Part shown: one piece after another, positions 17,301 to 20,000 of the stretch
Numbering within the stretch: the first letter of the stretch is position 1
Layout of the letters: every line of letters starts with the position of its first letter
Program-made: the position numbers and the translations under genes
IMG/VR virus record: IMGVR_UViG_3300043467_002020
Strand: one strand, 5' to 3'
DNA from: an uncultured virus (IMG/VR IMGVR_UViG_3300043467_002020)
Lineage: Duplodnaviria; Heunggongvirae; Uroviricota; Caudoviricetes
Length of the DNA: 20,000 bases
The notes under the pieces: generated by a model
What the model saw: only the letters and a program-made list of their open reading frames with translations
What the model was told of the DNA's origin: nothing
Databases searched by the model: none

Positions 17301-20000
17301 CACCAAAGCCAGGTGAAGGACTTGTCATACCAATGAAAAAAGGAAAGGTCGTGGAAGGCTCTGGCAAGGAATTGAAGGAATCCGTTCATGAGGCCTTGCT
17401 TGAAGTAGGCAAACTGCACAATGGGCATCCCGAATATATTACGCCGACGCTTTTAGGCGGAGAAAGTTTTTCAGAAACGCCGAATGCCGACGACCGGGTG
17501 GGGGTGGTCGCACTGCAGGATATACCGAAAGAATACCCCGAATATGCCGAAGGTGTCGTGGGGTCGCCTCACGCAGACCACCCAAGTGTCAGGTTGGCAG
17601 AATTTGATAATTTTTATGTAAATAGCGCCTCTTCTCGCATGGCCGCCTATGACTACGGCCGATTGAGTCCTAATGCAAAATTAAGAATTTACGATAGCAA
17701 TTCGGATAAGTACTCCTCAGCCAGAATTGAAACAATTTATGAAGACAGTGGGTTTTCTTCTGGAAGAGTACAACGACGTACGCCAAAATCTGGAGCAAAC
17801 CTCGCGGATGCGTTTGATGAACCAAGAGAAGTAACTCAAGAAGAGGCCACTCGAATGGGCTCATCGCGAGAGGTGTTGACCAGCAAAAGAGTTGCTGAAA
17901 GAATAATAAAAAAAATAGAAGAAAAAACCGGCACAGAGCTAACAACAAATCAAAAGAACACTATTGAAAATACTATTCCTGGTTTATTGGACGAAATTGC
18001 TGAAAAAACACTCTTAGATGTTGAGGTCAGCGACGCATTTTCCGAAACTGGGGAGCAGTTACTGTCCTCGATAGCGATTGATATTGCTTCTGACGGAATC
18101 CCGTTCGTGTCTGCTGACCCAATACCTCAACTGGCAGAACAAATTCCAGACAAACGAGACTGGAGTACTGTCGAGCTACCAAAACGAGATGATGTTCTTT
18201 CGATACTTGATGAAGCACTTAAAGACACTCTTATATTTAAAAACAATGTTTGGCTCGACACTGATGGCAATATTGTTGCAAGAAAAATAGATAAAGATGG
18301 CAGCTCTTCCTTGGAATTTGAGAGCGAAGAAGCCAGAACTAGATTCCCATTGTTGGAAATGATAGCTCCATTAGGATTCGTAATAGCGGGTGACAAGCTC
18401 AGTCTTCCACGCTTACAGCAAGACACATTGCCCAAGCCATATATCGAGGCATGGAAAAAACATTCAGAATTTATGGTGGAGCTTTCGCGTCGGGCTGGCA
18501 AATTGATGGGGGATGAGGGACTCTTTGTTCAAGGCTCTAGAAGAATTCACAACTCTTCTACCTATATTCGTGGTTACATCGGCGGGATAACTGACCCATC
18601 TAAATTTAATATGGGGCTCACTGGTAAGGCTCTTCAGGATTCTCATGACCTATTCGGGCACTTGGGAACAGGAAGAGGCTTTGACCGTCACGGGGAGTGG
18701 GCCAATGACCTAGCCATGATGTCAATCATTGACCACCCCGATTCTCCTTTGACGCCAAAAGAAAAATTAGCTGTAAAACACCTTCACTATTTACTTTACT
18801 CTGCCAATCGAATCAAAGAGGGTAGAAATGATGAGGCAAAAGATACTACAGGAATCGTTCAGCGCATTAATCGAGCAAGAACCATACTTGACGTCGCATA
18901 TCAAGACGTAGGCGATACACGCACATCAACACCACGCGTATATGCAGGTGATTTTGGTTCCGTTATCAAGAAACTTGATGCAGCATCAACCACTAAGGGG
19001 CTTTCATCTGGCCGTAAGTCAATCTATGAAGCCGACCCTGAAGATGTTGAGCTTGCTCTTGCGTATGACGCCTTAGGAATGAGCAATAGACTTGCATCCG
19101 GACGAGAGCGTCCTCGCATACTTGCAAGACCCATTCTGAGACGCCCAACTATTGAACCAGGAAGACGTGCAGTAAAGGGGTACGGCAAGCCAGATGCTTC
19201 CGGGAATGAAGTACGCAGAAACTCAAATAAGTGGCTTGCTGGAATGACCCCAGAAGAAATCTCTCGCGTTATTATTCCGAGCTCACAAGCGGAACATTTT
19301 GAAATGTGGGCAGACGATATGGCTGGTGGTTCATGGAGAACAAACAGCAAAGAGCGCGAGTTCCTGCAGAAGTACTACGACGAGTTGAGGGCTAATAAAA
19401 ACAGTCTAGATATTGATTACTCACCAGAGAACGTAAAAGCTACACAAGAGTTAGTGGAGGGAATGCTCAAATCTTCTCCACAGATGTTGTGGATGTTTGA
19501 AAACTTTGGTTCGCCGATGATTGTTTCCTTCACGCGTGAAGCAATGGAGGGTTTTGAAGTATCTCCCGAAATGAAAGAACGCTTAGAACTCAGTCGTCAG
19601 CAACGCGGAGCGGAAAAGTCGCAATTTATTAGCGGTTTATCTTCTCCTGCATTTGGATTAATAGGGCTAGCACCACGCGCCCTCATTGACAGAGAGTCGA
19701 TGACAACGAATGAAAAAGGCGTTTACCCGATTAATCTTGACCCTGCCAGAATTCCTCAACCACGAGATGCTCACGTTGATAGGTCGCTCCACGGCGTTGT
19801 AATGCACGAATATGGCCATTGGCTTCACTACAGGGCCGCATGGGACTCAGAGGCGAATGGTAAATCTCGTAAAGAAAAATCTTTCTACGGCTCCGGAGAT
19901 ATTAGTGACCCACGCTATGTCGCTGCATTAGAAGTAGCCGACGAGTACATGAACCCCGATGCGGACGACGAGGCTATTAAAATCTGGTCTGAGTTCATAG
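14345..20000 (+). CDS. Giant polyvalent protein (>=1885 aa, runs off window): GNAT, GNAT, putative ART-fold, HDxxGH and HExxH modules
   Basis: Hand translation from ATG 14345 (in-frame TAA directly before it) found no stop up to 20000. Motifs: QRRGLA (15095), QGHGIG (15929), LVHQT/RDSIHMT (about 16994-17161), HDLFGH (18644) and HEYGH (19805). Confidence 0.9.
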   Translation, partial: MSVDNNEFHIPFEETRRGVDSNTEEKAALGRLGRYLGSRATNRPTIGQRRRGRGGGRGVEIPTGGKPGTRNPTGSRRDVDGDGWADEGTKKPVWVGMGNTEPASKPKPQAQRQTAKRTETEVAKKLSSGLEQLSPLERYDYGPVVAAKKIKSKDTEYRLVIRNDFDIGIYLESDFNKARDVLVERFNKLGANPFNDKPSPLGPEDIDDRDVLRFMLDNDKTIKTMSAMQVWSPGGGSRTEVFQINTRPKHQRRGLAAEMFNTHRETFPELDLQHSDALSEDGRAFSKAVPATSNMESPDRPSSLSSGKKYQELVDAQPELTEEKLRQIDELNELLKSDLLDSADSYSEDTDVFGTGIDILNDSPERAAQRKRVHDLLREIFSGEIELEEDIIVTATNGEKINLGKTVVVDVAESFEALGWQVEIDEVSEEDIQLVQDQTFEPFLSADSTGIGLAARFQFKLTPTADAAERLTAAGVPDEMIWDEMMSVGPGTQGEVQFGRSARMLSYFPGDKPTATMQHETFFLNSESQGHGIGSAFNARNEKIYEAIGQLKIFAAGTSNTEESIGATHWPRNGFTWAGEPGKQTFLGTIAEALDDTEQNWFSPEEKSRISSLIRKNPDTGLFETDSTPENLLKFQRATELFKEKELSILYVREVSKRKTPAGALSSGRIGTVKTEPVEMMRSTEFPKLGTKLIDSGGTPDPTSSQKQYMEFPVYEIDGKKFAFGNTDLGRFQPEFNTEDIEIVPLNPYAIVGLPKTSTEGQEWALKMFHAIQAVSLLDDIEAGRVGNRKVGLVAALTYAAKRGDKPALEELERLAKIGEELLVNNRRDFVSAAKVYNEQMWDVDGTYWDDTPNMQVVLGPTRTNEYGDTVRTTRALGIDDMFLVHQTSYKPQYDDDGNIILKPTGDFIPIDPNTGEQLLDPISGKPVAMPDRDSIHMTLNHMVKGHMWRNEPTESTSVIIVPLRDVLDANPGSLDNLFVVDTFLTPKPGEGLVIPMKKGKVVEGSGKELKESVHEALLEVGKLHNGHPEYITPTLLGGESFSETPNADDRVGVVALQDIPKEYPEYAEGVVGSPHADHPSVRLAEFDNFYVNSASSRMAAYDYGRLSPNAKLRIYDSNSDKYSSARIETIYEDSGFSSGRVQRRTPKSGANLADAFDEPREVTQEEATRMGSSREVLTSKRVAERIIKKIEEKTGTELTTNQKNTIENTIPGLLDEIAEKTLLDVEVSDAFSETGEQLLSSIAIDIASDGIPFVSADPIPQLAEQIPDKRDWSTVELPKRDDVLSILDEALKDTLIFKNNVWLDTDGNIVARKIDKDGSSSLEFESEEARTRFPLLEMIAPLGFVIAGDKLSLPRLQQDTLPKPYIEAWKKHSEFMVELSRRAGKLMGDEGLFVQGSRRIHNSSTYIRGYIGGITDPSKFNMGLTGKALQDSHDLFGHLGTGRGFDRHGEWANDLAMMSIIDHPDSPLTPKEKLAVKHLHYLLYSANRIKEGRNDEAKDTTGIVQRINRARTILDVAYQDVGDTRTSTPRVYAGDFGSVIKKLDAASTTKGLSSGRKSIYEADPEDVELALAYDALGMSNRLASGRERPRILARPILRRPTIEPGRRAVKGYGKPDASGNEVRRNSNKWLAGMTPEEISRVIIPSSQAEHFEMWADDMAGGSWRTNSKEREFLQKYYDELRANKNSLDIDYSPENVKATQELVEGMLKSSPQMLWMFENFGSPMIVSFTREAMEGFEVSPEMKERLELSRQQRGAEKSQFISGLSSPAFGLIGLAPRALIDRESMTTNEKGVYPINLDPARIPQPRDAHVDRSLHGVVMHEYGHWLHYRAAWDSEANGKSRKEKSFYGSGDISDPRYVAALEVADEYMNPDADDEAIKIWSEFI

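Noticed and set aside
14508..19350. Many short ORFs in the track on both strands, giving the look of a gene-poor or decayed region
   Set aside because: They are shadows of the single open frame starting at 14345. The track probably missed it because it has no stop within the window.
18062..19648. LSSI (18062) and LSSP (19637) as extra linker motifs
   Set aside because: They lack the Gly and appear to lie inside modules, so they were not counted.
1..20000. Stop-codon reassignment, DGR/retron or integrase
   Set aside because: Genes tile densely under the standard code, and no reverse transcriptase, recombinase or template/variable repeat pair was seen.

Overview
Fragment of a tailed dsDNA phage genome with an HK97-fold major capsid protein. 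The host is probably an actinobacterium, given a WhiB regulator and several leaderless-type promoters. From left to right: (1) probable head-associated genes around the capsid gene, including a degenerate HipA-like kinase, a twin WMPC-domain protein, a DUF6321-like protein, a thermonuclease and a Cys-rich protein; (2) a minus-strand block with class II ribonucleotide reductase, an HNH endonuclease and tRNA-Arg(UCU); (3) a plus-strand block with a histone H1-like protein, WhiB, a primase-helicase, an HTH protein and an RHH protein; (4) a giant ORF missing from the ORF track (14345 to beyond 20000, at least 1885 aa, translated by hand). The giant ORF is the most striking element. It is a polyvalent protein in which five enzyme-like modules (GNAT, GNAT, putative ART-fold, HDxxGH metalloenzyme, HExxH zincin) are each preceded by a [LF][SA]SG motif conserved at the protein level. 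This suggests a processed effector polyprotein. Family assignments are from motif recognition only; no searches were run.
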